From Paramecium tetraurelia (Eukaryota): a stretch of 64,000 nt of DNA. The DNA lies in assembly GCA_000165425.1 (NCBI GenBank), contig CT867988.1, positions 1 through 64,000 on the forward strand, in the 5' to 3' direction. Each line of letters begins with the position of its first letter. The first letter of the stretch is position 1. The position numbers and the translations under genes are program-made. The notes under the pieces were generated by a model, which searched no databases, was not told the origin of the DNA, and saw only the letters and a program-made list of their open reading frames with translations. Below, piece after piece: positions 26,303 through 39,855 of this stretch.

Positions 26303-29300
26303 ATGAATAGTCATTATTTCAAAGATCTTGATGAGTATGAACTCGACAATGAAGAATCAATACGTCCTAGATGGAAAGAGACCAGGGAATCAAAGATTGG
26401 AATGGATTCCTAAAATCTTCAACCCTTTCGCAAAGAATTGCTACATGTATAAGATTCAATTATGCTTCCTAAGACTACTAATGATAATTACAAGATGACT
26501 GATGAAAGATTGGAAGCCTTTTATAGAGAAAAAGAAATCATTATTAAAACGTTTGAGAACTAGAAGGTTCCTCCTCCATTTTTAAGTTGGGCCTCTGCTG
26601 GTTTCCCAATTCCAATTTTAGAATCCATAGAATAATTGTAATTTAAGAGTCCAACAATAATTCAATCAGTTGGTATTATAATAAAATTATTATTTAATTT
26701 AAGTTTTTCCAATAATTTTGGCTGGATATGATGTAATAGGGATTGCATAGACAGGTTCAGGAAAGACTATTGCTTATTTATTGCCAGGATTAATTCAAAT
26801 TACAAGCTAGAAAACTGAGGAATTAAACAATACAAAAAAATAAAATGGACCTTAAATGCTAATTTTAGTGCCAACTAGAGAATTGGCTATGCAAATAGAG
26901 TCAGAAATTTAATTATTTACATAAAATTATCGGTTAAAAACACTCTGCATATATGGCGGAATTAATAATAGAAAAAACCAATTTTATAACTTAGGAAGGT
27001 TTCCAAATATTTTAGTGGCTACTCCAGGAAGACTTTTAGATTTTTTAAGGGAAGGAGCAACAACATTAGCCAATGTCAGTTATCTAGTAATAGATGAAGC
27101 AGATAGGCTTTTGGAATTGGGTTTTGAAGATACAATCAGGGAGATAGTGTAGTAAATTAGATTTGATAGGTAAACAGTATTTTTTTCGGCTACCTGGCCC
27201 AAAGCTGTTAAAGACCTAGCATTTGATTTTTGTTAATATAGCCCAATTTATGTCTAAATTGGAAAGTCGAATTTAACAATAAACAAGAATATTGATTAAG
27301 AAATAATTTGTCTATTTCAGAAAGACAAGCTACAAAAACTACTTGATATTCTGGACACCTTGAAAATATCGGACAAAGTTCTCATCTTCTCAGAGTAAAA
27401 GTAGCGATGTGAACAGTTATCTATAAATATGGCTGATAAAGGATATTACACAATAGCATTGCATGGTGATAAAACATAACCTCAGAGAGATGAGATAATG
27501 AAGGCCTTTCGCAGTGGTTACACTCGTTTATTGTGTGCAACTGATTTAGCATCTCGAGGATTAGATGTAACAGATATTACTGTCGTAATTAACTATGATT
27601 TTCCAAAATATTTTGACGATTACATCCATCGAATAGGAAGAACTGGAAGAGGCGAAAAGAAAGGAAAGGCCTTCAGCTTTTTGGCTTATGACAAAGATGA
27701 ACCCAGGATTGCCAAGGAACTCTTGAAATTGGCTCAAGTGGCTAATCTTAAATATGATGACTCTGCATTACAAAATTTTGCAATTGGAATATGTAAGAAT
27801 CTATTATAGTTTAGTCCCTTAAATGCGCAACGATTTCGAGTATAATAGATTTAAGTAATAATAATCAAGAGATAATAATTAAAGGGTTAATTTCTAATTT
27901 TCAAAAAATTCACAAGAGTAATATCATTATGAAAACTAGAAATCTAGGTAAACTTTATGTATTAAATATTTAGATATCCTTAAGACAACAGAGGTTCCTA
28001 AGGAGAAAATAATAATTATTCAAAATATTCCAATATTTAGAAGGAGGATGGCTCAAATGGAGATTCAAATTAGTAATAATATTTAATTATTAATAGCAAT
28101 TTTAGATTTAAGGATAAATTCTAAGATTAATAATACAATAGAGATTAATATTAAGGAAGAAATTAATGGAAAGAGTATGGAAATCAAAAGGATTATCGCT
28201 ATGACAATGACTAACATAGGTCATAAAATTATTATCAAAATGGAGATAGGAAATAATTTTATGGAAAATAGGATAGATTTGATAACAGATAATAAAGATA
28301 GGAATAACCATTTGAATAGAATAAATATAATAATGATCAGAAAGAAAGATATTATGAAACTGGTAGGTAAGAGAGGTAGTTTAGGCAGCAAGGGTAAGAT
28401 TGGTCTTAAAATGGCTAAGATAAATAAGAAAATGGAGAAGATAAATAAACAAATAGATATGATAGACCGAAATGGCAATAATTTTAGGAGAATTAAGATG
28501 GAAATTATCGATAAGATAAATTTGACAGATTTAATAAAAAATAATAATATGATAATCGCTAATATAAGCATCAAGAAGATGATAAAGGTCTTTAGAATGA
28601 TAGATCAGAAAAAGCATATCGGTAATATGATAGACAGGAACCATCAAATCGAGAAAACAGAAGAGTGAATTTTACTGACCAGAATGATGATAGATATGAA
28701 AATAATCAATAATAATATTAATCTAGATTCCCACCTGAGAACAATTCAAATAGATGGGATAATTAAAAAAGTCAAAAGTAATAGGATTATTGGAATAACA
28801 ATAAAAGATAATACCCATATTAATAAAGATTTAATGGAGGTTAAAATAATCCTAGAAGTTTCGATAACTAAGGGGAAGATTTTAAGAATTCTAGATAAGA
28901 AGAATCTAAAAGACAATATACAAATTAAGCTGATGAAGGGAGCGCTTAAGAATGGAAGCCTAAATAGCAAGAGAATAATGATATGATGAAGAACTAAAAG
29001 GATTAGGTTAGAAAACATTAGGTGAGATTTGATGTAGAAGATGATAGATAACATTAATTTAATAATACTTTTAGAATCTAAGAAGAGGATAATAAAAGAA
29101 ATTATAAACAAAGTAGATCTTGTATTCGAGATAGACATGACGATAGTAGGTCTTAGACATTCAGAAATAATGATTCAATAAACCACCATAATTAAAGTTA
29201 AGGAAGGAATTATTTGGATTAAAATGAAAGAAGAAGAAATGAAAATTTTAGAGATACAAGATTTTCTAATAATCAATAGTTTGATTAATATAATAATTCA

Positions 29301-30145
29301 AGAAAACAATATGATAACTAAAATAGAATAAATAGAAATTAAATAGAATAAAATGGCAATGAGGATAATAAATTGAAAACATTTAGAAATACTTAAAGTT
29401 TAGAAAGAAACTAATAAATGCAATTTTATAATTCAAAATAAATTACTAGAAATACTGTTAAAACTGATGATTAATTGAATCTTGATTAGTAGTAAAGATA
29501 AGTATCTAATAATATTTGGAGAAATAGAAATAATGACCTATAACAAAATTAGGAGGGTGCAGTAAATAATTAAGAAATTGATAAACCAATTAAGAATTCA
29601 GATGAGGATAAGGGTTAGAAAATATAATCATAAATTATTTAAAAGCAATAAGAAATGGAAGAGATTAATGAACTTTAAGAATATAATTTTAACTATGATC
29701 CAAATCAATCATCTGATGATGGTGAAATAGAAGATGAATATGATAAAATTGAATAAGAAAACAATTAAATAGATAAATAGCTACCTGACATCTAAAATCA
29801 TAATATTGGTTTACAATCAAAGTCATAAACAAGTGATCAAATTAGAACAGTAATAATTCAAGAACAATAAGATGAAAAAATAGATTAAGTATAAATTGTT
29901 GAGGATGATACTCAATAAATAAAATCTAATATTAATGAAAGGGAATAAGATAATGTAGAAGATGGTTCTGATAATGAATTTGATTTTACGAGATTCAGTA
30001 GGACTATTGAGTAGGAAAATCGATTAAAATTTGAAGATAGTCAGCAGTAAGAATTTTATTTATTTAAAGATAACACACTAATAATAACAGAGCAATAAAA
30101 AATGAAGAAGAAGAAGAAGTAAAAGTAGACCCTAAATAGGAATGA
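26303..30145 (+). CDS. DEAD-box RNA helicase (DDX5/DBP2-like core) with very long low-complexity C-terminal tail
   Basis: AQTGSGKT, LVPTRELA, ATPGRLLDFL, DEADRLL, FFSATWP, LHGDK, ATDLASRGLDV, YIHRIGRTGR; core ends ~27800; N/Q/D/R/Y-rich tail to TGA 30143-30145. Confidence 0.9.
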
Positions 30146-30499
30146 CGAGTACATAGTGATTATTTTTAAAGGATATTATAAATTAATATTACGCTAATTT
30201 TAAACTTTTTACATTAAAGAAGTTTGTGTTGCTTTAAATCTCAATCTTGAAAGAAAATTCCATTGTGATAGTATACTCATAATTACATAATTTGAAATGA
30301 AGTAAGAGCTTAACCAATAAATTGTGATTACACAATTAAGCTCTGAAGACTTAATTCTGAAATAAAATTTCTAATCTCATAATATTAAACATTAGTACAC
30401 AATTAACCTATTAATATTGGTGATTTGTTGATAATTGTTTCATATTTATGCTTCATTATTTGTGGTTTTATAATTAAAAATAATAATTAATATAAATAA

Positions 30500-30837
30500 A
30501 TGACTGAAGGATAATCTGACACGTTTTGGAAATCACTTTATATCTATTTTAATGAAATGGATTTTGAATCTCAATTGTACGTGAAAAAGATATATAAAAT
30601 CATCATCCTAACAGTGGCTGTAATGAAAATTTGCATATCATTAGATAATTTCATTTATTATTGCATTCTTCCTAGAGAGATTTTCTGTATGTGTATACTC
30701 TACAATCGGAGCAAGCGTTCTTTGTATATTAGTATACCCTAAATTTTATAATATATTAGGTGTTAGCACCTGCTTGGCCTATGTGGAAGAAAAATTAACC
30801 TAATTGGTAACAAGCAAATTGGTAAAAACAAAAATGA
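30500..30837 (+). CDS. SPCS1: Signal peptidase complex subunit 1 (SPC12-like)
   Basis: MDFESQ.. two TM segments ..VLAPAWPMWKKNQPNW; 2 micro-introns. Confidence 0.8.
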
Positions 30838-31881
30838 ATTTTATAATATATTATATAATAGTATTGAGTTTTATATTTAAAGAAAGGCAGCTTAATCAAT
30901 TGAAAGTTCAGAATTAGATATATATTATGTTCTATATAAATGATTAAATTTTAGTTGTTTTTTAGAAATAATTATTCCATTAAAATAAATTGAAAAATTT
31001 TAGAAGTTTCAACTATCATTTTTATTCATAAATACCTTCAAAAAAATAATCATTATCATTATTTTGTATCAAAATGGTTAATTGATAATTGCAAATTTAA
31101 TGGATTATCATAAAGAGTTAAAAATGATTTTGCTTGATTGTGTTTTTATCATTTATATAATCGTATTGATTAAAAATCAACGTCTTTATCAAATAGAAAC
31201 AGACAAAAAAAATTAAATTCTGCTAAATGTCAAGAAGAACTAAGAAGAAAGTAGGAAACGCAATCAGCTATACTATAATATAATGACAAGCAAAATAGTA
31301 TCGATAGGTGATTTGGATAGATAAGAAAATCTTGATGGTAATGAATTTCAATAAGAACAGTAGGGATACCCTTGGCTTGTTAACAAAAAAAATTCAATTG
31401 TCAAGCCCCAGAAATGTATTTCCAAAAAATATGTAATTATCTCAGGTGTAAAGTAAAAGTAGGCAATAAAAGCTAAGGAAAATGAATATATTATTTTAAA
31501 TTAAATATTTATATAGTATTTCTTATTAATTTTGAAGTTTTGGGTAGTAGGGTATACAGTTCTGTTGAGAGATTCGTTTTTTATATGGTTTTTGATTTTG
31601 AATTTGAAATCAATTTGACCTTGGAAAGGAGGAGTTTTAAAATAATTAATATAAGTTTCAAAAAGGATTGTAAATAATAGTTTTGACATAGGGATGGTGT
31701 GAATAAAGTGAGGCGCTTATAGAATTTCGATAATTTTATATGAAAATTAATAAAAAATAAAATAATTAACTCTTGGTTTATTTGAATTTGAAATATTTAG
31801 ACAAGAGAAAGTATATCAAAATAAATTTGAATTTTTGGTTGGAGTCTTTAAGTATCAGAGTTGAATAATATATATAAATTA

Positions 31882-34800
31882 ATGATTTTTCAATAACTAA
31901 AAATTACTTTGCCTCCTATTGGTGCTCAAGAAATAGAGAAATCAATATAGAAAAGAATGGGAGACTGCTTAGAGACACAATTAGGATTCGAATACGAGCC
32001 TTTTACTTTTCAATATTTAGAATTACACCCCGATTTGGTTACTATTAAAAATCAAGTATAGAAACTTATAGTTATATATGCAGAAAATCGAACATCATCC
32101 CATTGAAAATTAGAAACATGTATAAACATCATTGGGATGCTTTAGTAAAGAAAACAAGATTCGCATATTCTTATGTGAAAACATCCATGTTTTGCAACGA
32201 TTAGTGATTATAATGGTGATTGTAAATACTATAGCATTTTGTTTATATGACTATTAAATTAGAGATAGCGTTGATAATTTAAGCAGCAGGAACATAGCTT
32301 CGATAATAATTGAAACAATATGCAATGTTTTTTTTGGGATTGAGATAATTATTCAGTGCATTTGCTACGGCGCATTTTTTGGGAAAGGAACATACCTAAG
32401 AAATATTTGGAGTTGCCTAAACTTTCTAACTTTCGTTTGTACATGGTCAATTTATTTTGATTAGTCAATTACATTCATTTAATTGTTAAGAGTTATTCGT
32501 TTATTAAGACTAGTGAGGCTTTTGCAAGAAATTCAATACTTTAGAGAACAAGTTGAAAATTTTTTTTCATGTTTTCTAACAATTCACACGATAATAATTC
32601 CAGTTGTGATTGTAATTTTTGGATTTTCAGTTATTGGACTACATTTGTTAAGAGGAGTTACAGGACGTAGATGTGCCAAAAACGGAATAATTGATTTGAA
32701 CATTAGAAGTCTTTGTGGAGAATGGGAATGTCCAGATGGGTATATTTTAAAACAATATCAAGTTACGAATGTATTGACCAGTTTCACTCTGAAGATTTAA
32801 ATTATTTAGACTTTTATTACGGATACTACCATTTCGATACTATATATGATTCATTTTTAAGTGGATTCATGTTTTTCAATGCTACAGGTTGGTCGCCAAC
32901 GACTTTTTATTTTTGGAAAGCTGTAACACCTCCTGCTACGGCCATCTACTTCATTTTTATGCTGTTTATCTTGTATTTCAATCATTTATACTAGACATTA
33001 TACTTTATCCGATCTATTGTTGGCTACCTTATATGAATCCTTTCTTGTTAGTAGTGCCATAAAAAATAGTATAAAATCCAATAAATCTGAACTATTCACA
33101 TAAAGGAGAAGAACAGTTACTTTAATTAACAATTAAAACAAGGCTTAAATTAATTTTCATAAATTGCACATGATTACCTAAATTTCATCATAAAATAGAG
33201 TCACCTTGGTAGCTCCTGCAGAGATTTTAAGTAATGAAACTTTGAAGGAAAAAAATGAATCTTGTATTATTGCTAGAATTAAACAATTTGATTAACTCCT
33301 TATAATTGCCTCTACGATTGTACTATGCGTAGATCAAGTTGAAAAACGTCACCCAAAAGAATATTATGCAGATATGATAATGAACTTCTTAATAATATTA
33401 TTAACCCTTCTTAAATTGATATTTTTTAAGAAATCAAGGCGAAAATTATACATTATAGTAGATGTAATCCTATCACTTGGTTTAATTATAGTTATTATTT
33501 TGGAGTTTTTGAATTTTCAAAGCAATGTCTTTATCATCATTAAAGCATTTAAAGCATTTAGAGTTATCAAATTAATATACAAATTAGAGTACTTTGGAGT
33601 AATTAGATTGTTGCTTAGATGTCTAATAGAAACCATAATCAAAATTAGACATCTTATAATTTTATGGGTCATTTTTGCATTTCTAATTTCAATTATTGGA
33701 TAAGAATTATTCGCTCATTATGTACAAGGATCATCTGAAATTGAAATACATTTTAATGGGATTGGGAATTCCTTAATGGCTGTATTTAACATCTTTTACG
33801 CAGAAGAATGGCATGTGACAATGTATCAACATGCATTGTATAAGCCAGTATCATCCTTCATCTTTTTTTTAATTGTCTTCTTTTTAAGTCATACTCTTTT
33901 TATGAGGCTATTACGAGCTTTATTCTTAAATGAATTTGGAAAGAAATTAAATGAATTAGATCAGAAATATCCACAAACCGACTATTTATAAAGGGCTTGG
34001 CAGTATATAAAAACATCCTGGTTCTAGTAAGAATCAGCTTAATCTTCTTCTTAGTCTTAGAACGAGGATGATTCAAAAGCCCCTCTTCAAGAGATCAGTC
34101 CAAGTGGAACTTCAATTAAACCAAATATTAGTTAAAGCAAAGGTTAAATTTATAAAAGATTGGTTGAACATAAGTTATTTAGAATTTGCCTTTTGTTAGT
34201 TGTGGCTTTAAGTGCTGTGAAAAGTGCTGTACAAAATCCTCTAACTGATCCTCATAGTCAAGAAAAGGTAATGAATTACATAAGTTTTAGATGATTTTGG
34301 ATGTTATTCAATATGTTACAACAGCAATCTTCATGATTGAACTTGTTCTTAATTGTGTGGCCTATGGGATCATTAAATTCATAAGTTAATCGTTTCTTAA
34401 CATACTGTCTATAATAAATATTATCGTGAATATAATCTCTATAGGATTGGGAAACCCTCCCCTGTTTATTTTGACTCTATTTGATTCTCTCAGGGTGCTT
34501 TCGTTTTTAAAAACCGGTGCGGATTAATACCCTATTTTAAAATAAGCAGTGCAAGCCTTATTTAACGCTTTTACTAAGATGATTTAGTTAGCTCTATTTA
34601 GTCTTCTAATTTTATTAATGTACAGTCTAATTGGAATGCAATTGTTAAATGACGAATTCTATTATTGCAGTCTTCCAGATGGCAATGCATCAAGATTGCA
34701 TTTAAAATCTAAGATTGATTGTTTTGACATCGGAGGGAGTTGGATAAACCAAAATCTAAATTTTGACACTTTATTTGAATCAATAAATCTCTTATTTTGT

Positions 34801-36493
34801 GTTGCAACATCAGAAGAGTGGATTCCTTTGATGACGCCTGCATGGAAAGCTGCCGGGATCGATCAACAACCACATCATGACACCAACAGATATTGGTCGA
34901 TTTATTATTAAATGTTTTTCTTTATTGGAAATACTTTAGTGTTGGGAATGTTTGTCACTTTAGTTGTTGAAACCTACATAAAAACGAGAGAAGAATCACG
35001 TATAGATATTTGTTATATTTATAAATAGAGAATCTACATTTACTGGATGACAAATAAAGGGAATGGTTTCAGATCAAAGAATAAATATTAAATTTAAAGC
35101 CAAAGAAGAAATTTAAGCCTCCCACGATATTTATTTTAAATATCTTCTATAGGTTGAATTAGTTTTTGTAGATTCCATTTTTAATCGTTATATTAAGCAA
35201 CATCATTATATTGAGTTTATACTATGCAAGAATGGGAGCAGAATATGAATAAGCTTTGGACTAAGTCAATTAGATTTTCATCTTTATTCAACTATTTGAA
35301 ATACTAATAACTACAGTATAGGTTACAGATTTCAAGTTTAAAATTTATGAAATTTGTGGAATACTCTTAAGTGTGGTTTCTAGCTTTTTAGACTATCATA
35401 TTCTTCATGTAGTTTCAGTGGCATTCCAAGTTACCAGAATTTACAAGCTAACTTAGCATTTCAAGACAATTTAACATTTGTTCCATGCCATATTTGCAGT
35501 ATTGCCTAATACAGCCTCAATGCTTTTCATTATGCTAGTAGTCCTATATTGTTACACCATTGTCTCTTGTGATTTATTTGCTTATTTGCGTCCTTAAACA
35601 TCAGTCAATGGATTTGATATGCACTTTAGGGATTTCTGGGGTGCACTTATGACTCTAATTAAAGTATCGACAGGAGAGAAGTGGTGGATTGTAATGCAGG
35701 AAACTACATTAGAATAATCGCCAGCTGTAGCTTGCATAAATATTGAATCATATGAAGAATTTCAAGAGATTGGATTTAATGGGTGTGGGTCAAACCTTTC
35801 TTACCCATTTTTTATTTCGTTTATTCTTGTATTCTCACTAATGATTTTGAATCTATTGGTCGCAAACATCATAGGAGCATATGAACAATATCATAAAAGT
35901 GAATAGAGTGCCATATCCAAATATTAATTATTAGATGTGATTGAATTGTGGTCATAGTTTGACGAAGATGGAGAAGGGTTCATAAGTTATAAACTCTTTT
36001 GGAGGTTGTCATCTTAGATAGCTATAATCTTTGGCTTAGAGTAATCAGATTTGTTGGATGTCAATAATAAGAAGAAGTTCTTAAAGGCTTTGAAGATTCC
36101 AATTTATGAATTAGTAGACTCTAATGTCCTTTGCTACAGGTTTCATGATGTGATTGTGAGTTTGACTCGGATTTCTGTTACCATCAAATACGGAGTAGTT
36201 AATTTGGAACCTGTAGATAAGGATATCCATTAAAAGGTCTATGGTAATAAATATTCTCAAGTGGAACCAAAGTTTAGGGAAACAACATTGAATAGCGGAG
36301 ATATGGTATATTTTAACTATTATAATAGGTGTCTATCATCTTTATTTAGCAAAAGTTTAGGGAGTGGAAGCAGAGATCACTTTTAAAAAATACCATTTTT
36401 TTAGGAGGAATAGGAGACTATCGTAGTTTAATCAAAATTAAATCAAAAACACTAAGTGAAAAAATACATTAATAAATGAATAATGAAAATTGA
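31882..36493 (+). CDS. Four-domain voltage-gated cation channel (Cav/Nav superfamily), divergent
   Basis: Four 6-TM repeats; S4 LRVIRLLRLVRLL; P-loops FNATGWS, FYAEEWH, ATSEEWI, STGEKWW; post-DIV EF-hand-like WSQFDEDGEGFI and LKIPI..FHDVI. Confidence 0.88.
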
Positions 36494-37210
36494 AATATGT
36501 ATTATATTCATGTATTCAATGTATTCAAACTATTTATTGGCTAATAATCATTATATTTGTTCTAATAATTTTAAGTTTACTATATGTATGTTGTGCATTT
36601 CATTATGAGTTCTAAATAATAATTGAATAGCCAATCAAAAGTGTAATTTTTTGAATATCAATTAAATTTCTTTAGCAAACACAAATGTCTTTAACAAGAA
36701 TTAATAAATCAAGAATGACCTATCTGATTTTTTGAGATATAGCATAGAAAATCATTGAATCCTACGTACAGATATCTATCTAATTTTTATGATGCCTTAG
36801 TAAAATACTAAGTCTAAAATTAATAAAATGATTTTGAAATAATTCAAACATCTTAAAGCATTTTAAGTAAGAATTAGGAAATTGGTCACCTTTTGGGCAT
36901 AAAATACTTTCAAAATTATAATAGAAAGTGTTAATTAATTACTGAATTAAAACTCAGTTTTGAATTACTACATAAAAATGAATCAGCTATTTAAAACAAT
37001 ATAGTTAATCAACCGGTATCTCATCATTCATTTAATCATAATGATTTCCGTATAGAGTTAACCATTAATTTGCTTCAAGTAAGAGTTAAACGATATAAAT
37101 GATTTTAGATAATATACTGTTTTAATTAGTTTTGTAATTGACATTATATTATATAATGTTATAGAGGTAGGAGAGAACTGAATAGGATTGTAACTAGACA
37201 AAATCCAAGA

Positions 37211-38468
37211 ATGAGCCAATCCTTAATAAAATTAGTATCACTCAAGTATTAAACTATTTTACTAATGCTTAATTCAGGAGGACATTCGATTGATTTTGAA
37301 GGATTTATAACTCAAAGGTTGTCTGAGGATAAGCTGTTGATTGTACCAGAAGAAGTCAGTGCTCAAATTCCTCCAAGAGTAGCCCTGGAAGTTCATACTA
37401 TGTAAAATAAGGTGAAAAAACTCAAATCCATAAAGATGGCCAAATTACCTTCAAAAACCTAGTTCATTTTGGAGCTCAGCGACAATAGTGTTTATAGAGA
37501 ATTGCTGGGGTCTATTGAAGATTTAGAGAGGAATGAATTGAAGAAAGCAAAATCGAGGTTGCTTAAAATTATAGCTAGTTCAAAGGAAGAAATAAAATAG
37601 GCTTAAACTAAAATTGAAGAAAAATAATCGTCAGTAATTTGTATTTAAGCATTTTACTACTTGAGTAAAGTCTAACAATCAGAAGGTCTGATTGAGGAGG
37701 CAATTGCAACATAGAATATGATTTTATAAAATTTTGATATAGCCGATCTACACATTAAAGGATAATTAATGTTGAGTTTGGGAAATCTATATAGAATTCT
37801 GCTGAAATTTCAAGAAGCTGCTAAGAACTTCTATCAAGCCTTGATTTTATATGAGAGACTCAACTGGAAAGTATAATAAGCTGATTGCCTATTACAATTA
37901 GGAATCGTCTATGCACTTCTAAGTAGATAGTTTAATTATTGTTAAGATGATTATGAGCCGGCGAAATTGATTACCTACGAAGCCTTAGAAATCTACAGGG
38001 AAAATATCATAGAGAATAATATTAAGGTTGGGAATGCGTATTACACTTTGGGAAAAATCTTTTATTACTCTAAAGCGTTTGAAGTGGCCACTGAATATCT
38101 ATTAAAGAGTCTAAAAATCCATTCCGATTAGTATTTTATTATCTAAACTTAGTTATCAGAATGAGTACGATTTCAACTTTGTCAAAATCTATAACCTACT
38201 TGGAATCGTATATCAGGTTTAACATCAATTAGATGTAGCCATAGATTACTTCACTTTGGCAGTCAGATGCTATAGAGGATCCTTTGATGCGCAATTAGGA
38301 TAGATCTTAAATAATATAGGAGTAGCGTATCTTGGTTTAAAGGAACTTGAATTGGCAAGTGATTTTTTCAATAATGCTGATTAAGTTTACAGTATTTACT
38401 TTGAGTAAACTAACATCTTAAGAAAAAGAGTCAAACTTAACCTTGAATCTATTAAAGCCCATTAATGA
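37211..38468 (+). CDS. TPR-repeat protein
   Basis: Repeated TPR helices: MLSLGNLYRILLKFQEAAKNFYQALD, CLLQLGIVYAL, AYYTLGKIFYY, IYNLLGIVYQVQHQLDVAIDYF, ILNNIGVAYL. Confidence 0.78.
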
Positions 38469-38494
38469 TTTTAACTTCATTTTATTAATATTGA

Positions 38495-39798
38495 ATGTTT
38501 AATTTAAGAATACTTAAAGGTTTTAGTCATACAATTGAATTAATTTCTGAGCATTATATACAAAAATAAATTGAGAATGTTATCATTAGATATCAATAAA
38601 ATTTCAAAGACATTTACAAATTATCATACACACCAATCGCAGGGCATGCAAAAATAGATGGAACGAAAAAGTATTCTGCAAATAACAGCGAGATTATTTC
38701 AGACCAAACTACAAAAACAACTTACTACTTACCAGTCTAGGGATTGGGTCGTATAAAGGAGCCCCTGATTAAATAATGATATCATGCTTTATGGATCTAT
38801 TATCAGGTGAAGTGATGTGATTGATACAGCAATTAATTACAGATACATGAAATAAGAACGAGTTATTGGAGCTGCACTTTGAGCTTTAAATATCCCTAGA
38901 GACTAGATATTTATCTCTAGTAAAGGAGGATACATCCCTACTGATGGAGACAGAGGTATTTAAGAAGCTTAATTAATAAGAGAACTTATCAATAAAAATC
39001 TGATTACACAAGATGATGTAGTTGGAGCATGTCACTGTATGCACCCTAAGTTTTGGAGGCTTTATTAGATGTAATTGATATATATATATATGCTAATTTT
39101 AGTAAACCTTGAATCATTTAAGACTTGAGACTTTGGATCCTTTGTAATCCAGCTGAAATTCAATAGCCATTTTGGGATATGATAAGTTTTATGATAGACT
39201 AGCAAAGGCTTTTTGAATAATATGAAACAAGCGTTTAGAATGGTAAAATCATAAGATATGGAATGGCTACATGGATTTGTTTTAGAGCAAGACCAGATGA
39301 AGTTAGAATTCATGTTCCTCTAGAGAAGATTGTTGAAATTGCAGAAAAAGTGGGTGGAAAAGATCATCATTTTTGAATATATCTAAATGCCAATTAATGC
39401 CATGATGCCTGAAGTATTTTCATAGGAATGGTAACCATATAAATGAGAGAATACTCAAATCTTCACTGTGACAAGAAAATTAAAAGTTAATCTGGTAATC
39501 TCATCTCCTTTAATGAGTGGTATACTTATGGAAGTTGAATTGCCATCAGAAATATTCAAATGTCAATTCTTAGGAGCTAAACACTTGTAATTTTTAAGAT
39601 CCGTTCCTGCTGAATCCATTAAAAGTATAAATCATCATCTAATTAAATAGCCATTTTCATAGGATAAAAGCAAATCTCCATACAAAATAAAATTTAGAAG
39701 TAATCAGAGTACCTCCCTTAACTGCTGATGAATTTTGGTAAATCTTTTAACCCTAAAAATGGAAATAAGTATCTGATGATGAACTAGATATGTAATGA
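38495..39798 (+). pseudogene. Aldo/keto reductase pseudogene
   Basis: AKR motifs LTSLGIGSYKG, VIDTAINYRYMKQERVIGAAL, IFISSKGGY, CHCMHPKFL, YIQMPINAMMPE remain. In-frame TGA at 38880-38882 and 39444-39446, plus several frameshifts (e.g. extra T near 39374). Confidence 0.8.
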
Positions 39799-39855
39799 AT
39801 AATTTATTGTTGTTATATATAAAATATTGTTATTGTCAGTAACTTATTCTTATTT

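Noticed and set aside
28108..29138. Several long overlapping ORFs (I/K/N/M-rich on plus, I/L/F-rich on minus) in the ORF track
   Set aside because: Off-frame and antisense shadows of the low-complexity helicase tail, whose true frame is full of TAA/TAG Gln codons.
38880..38882. In-frame TGA in an oxidoreductase as possible selenocysteine
   Set aside because: Not at a catalytic Cys-like position, and accompanied by a second TGA and frameshifts; pseudogene is simpler.
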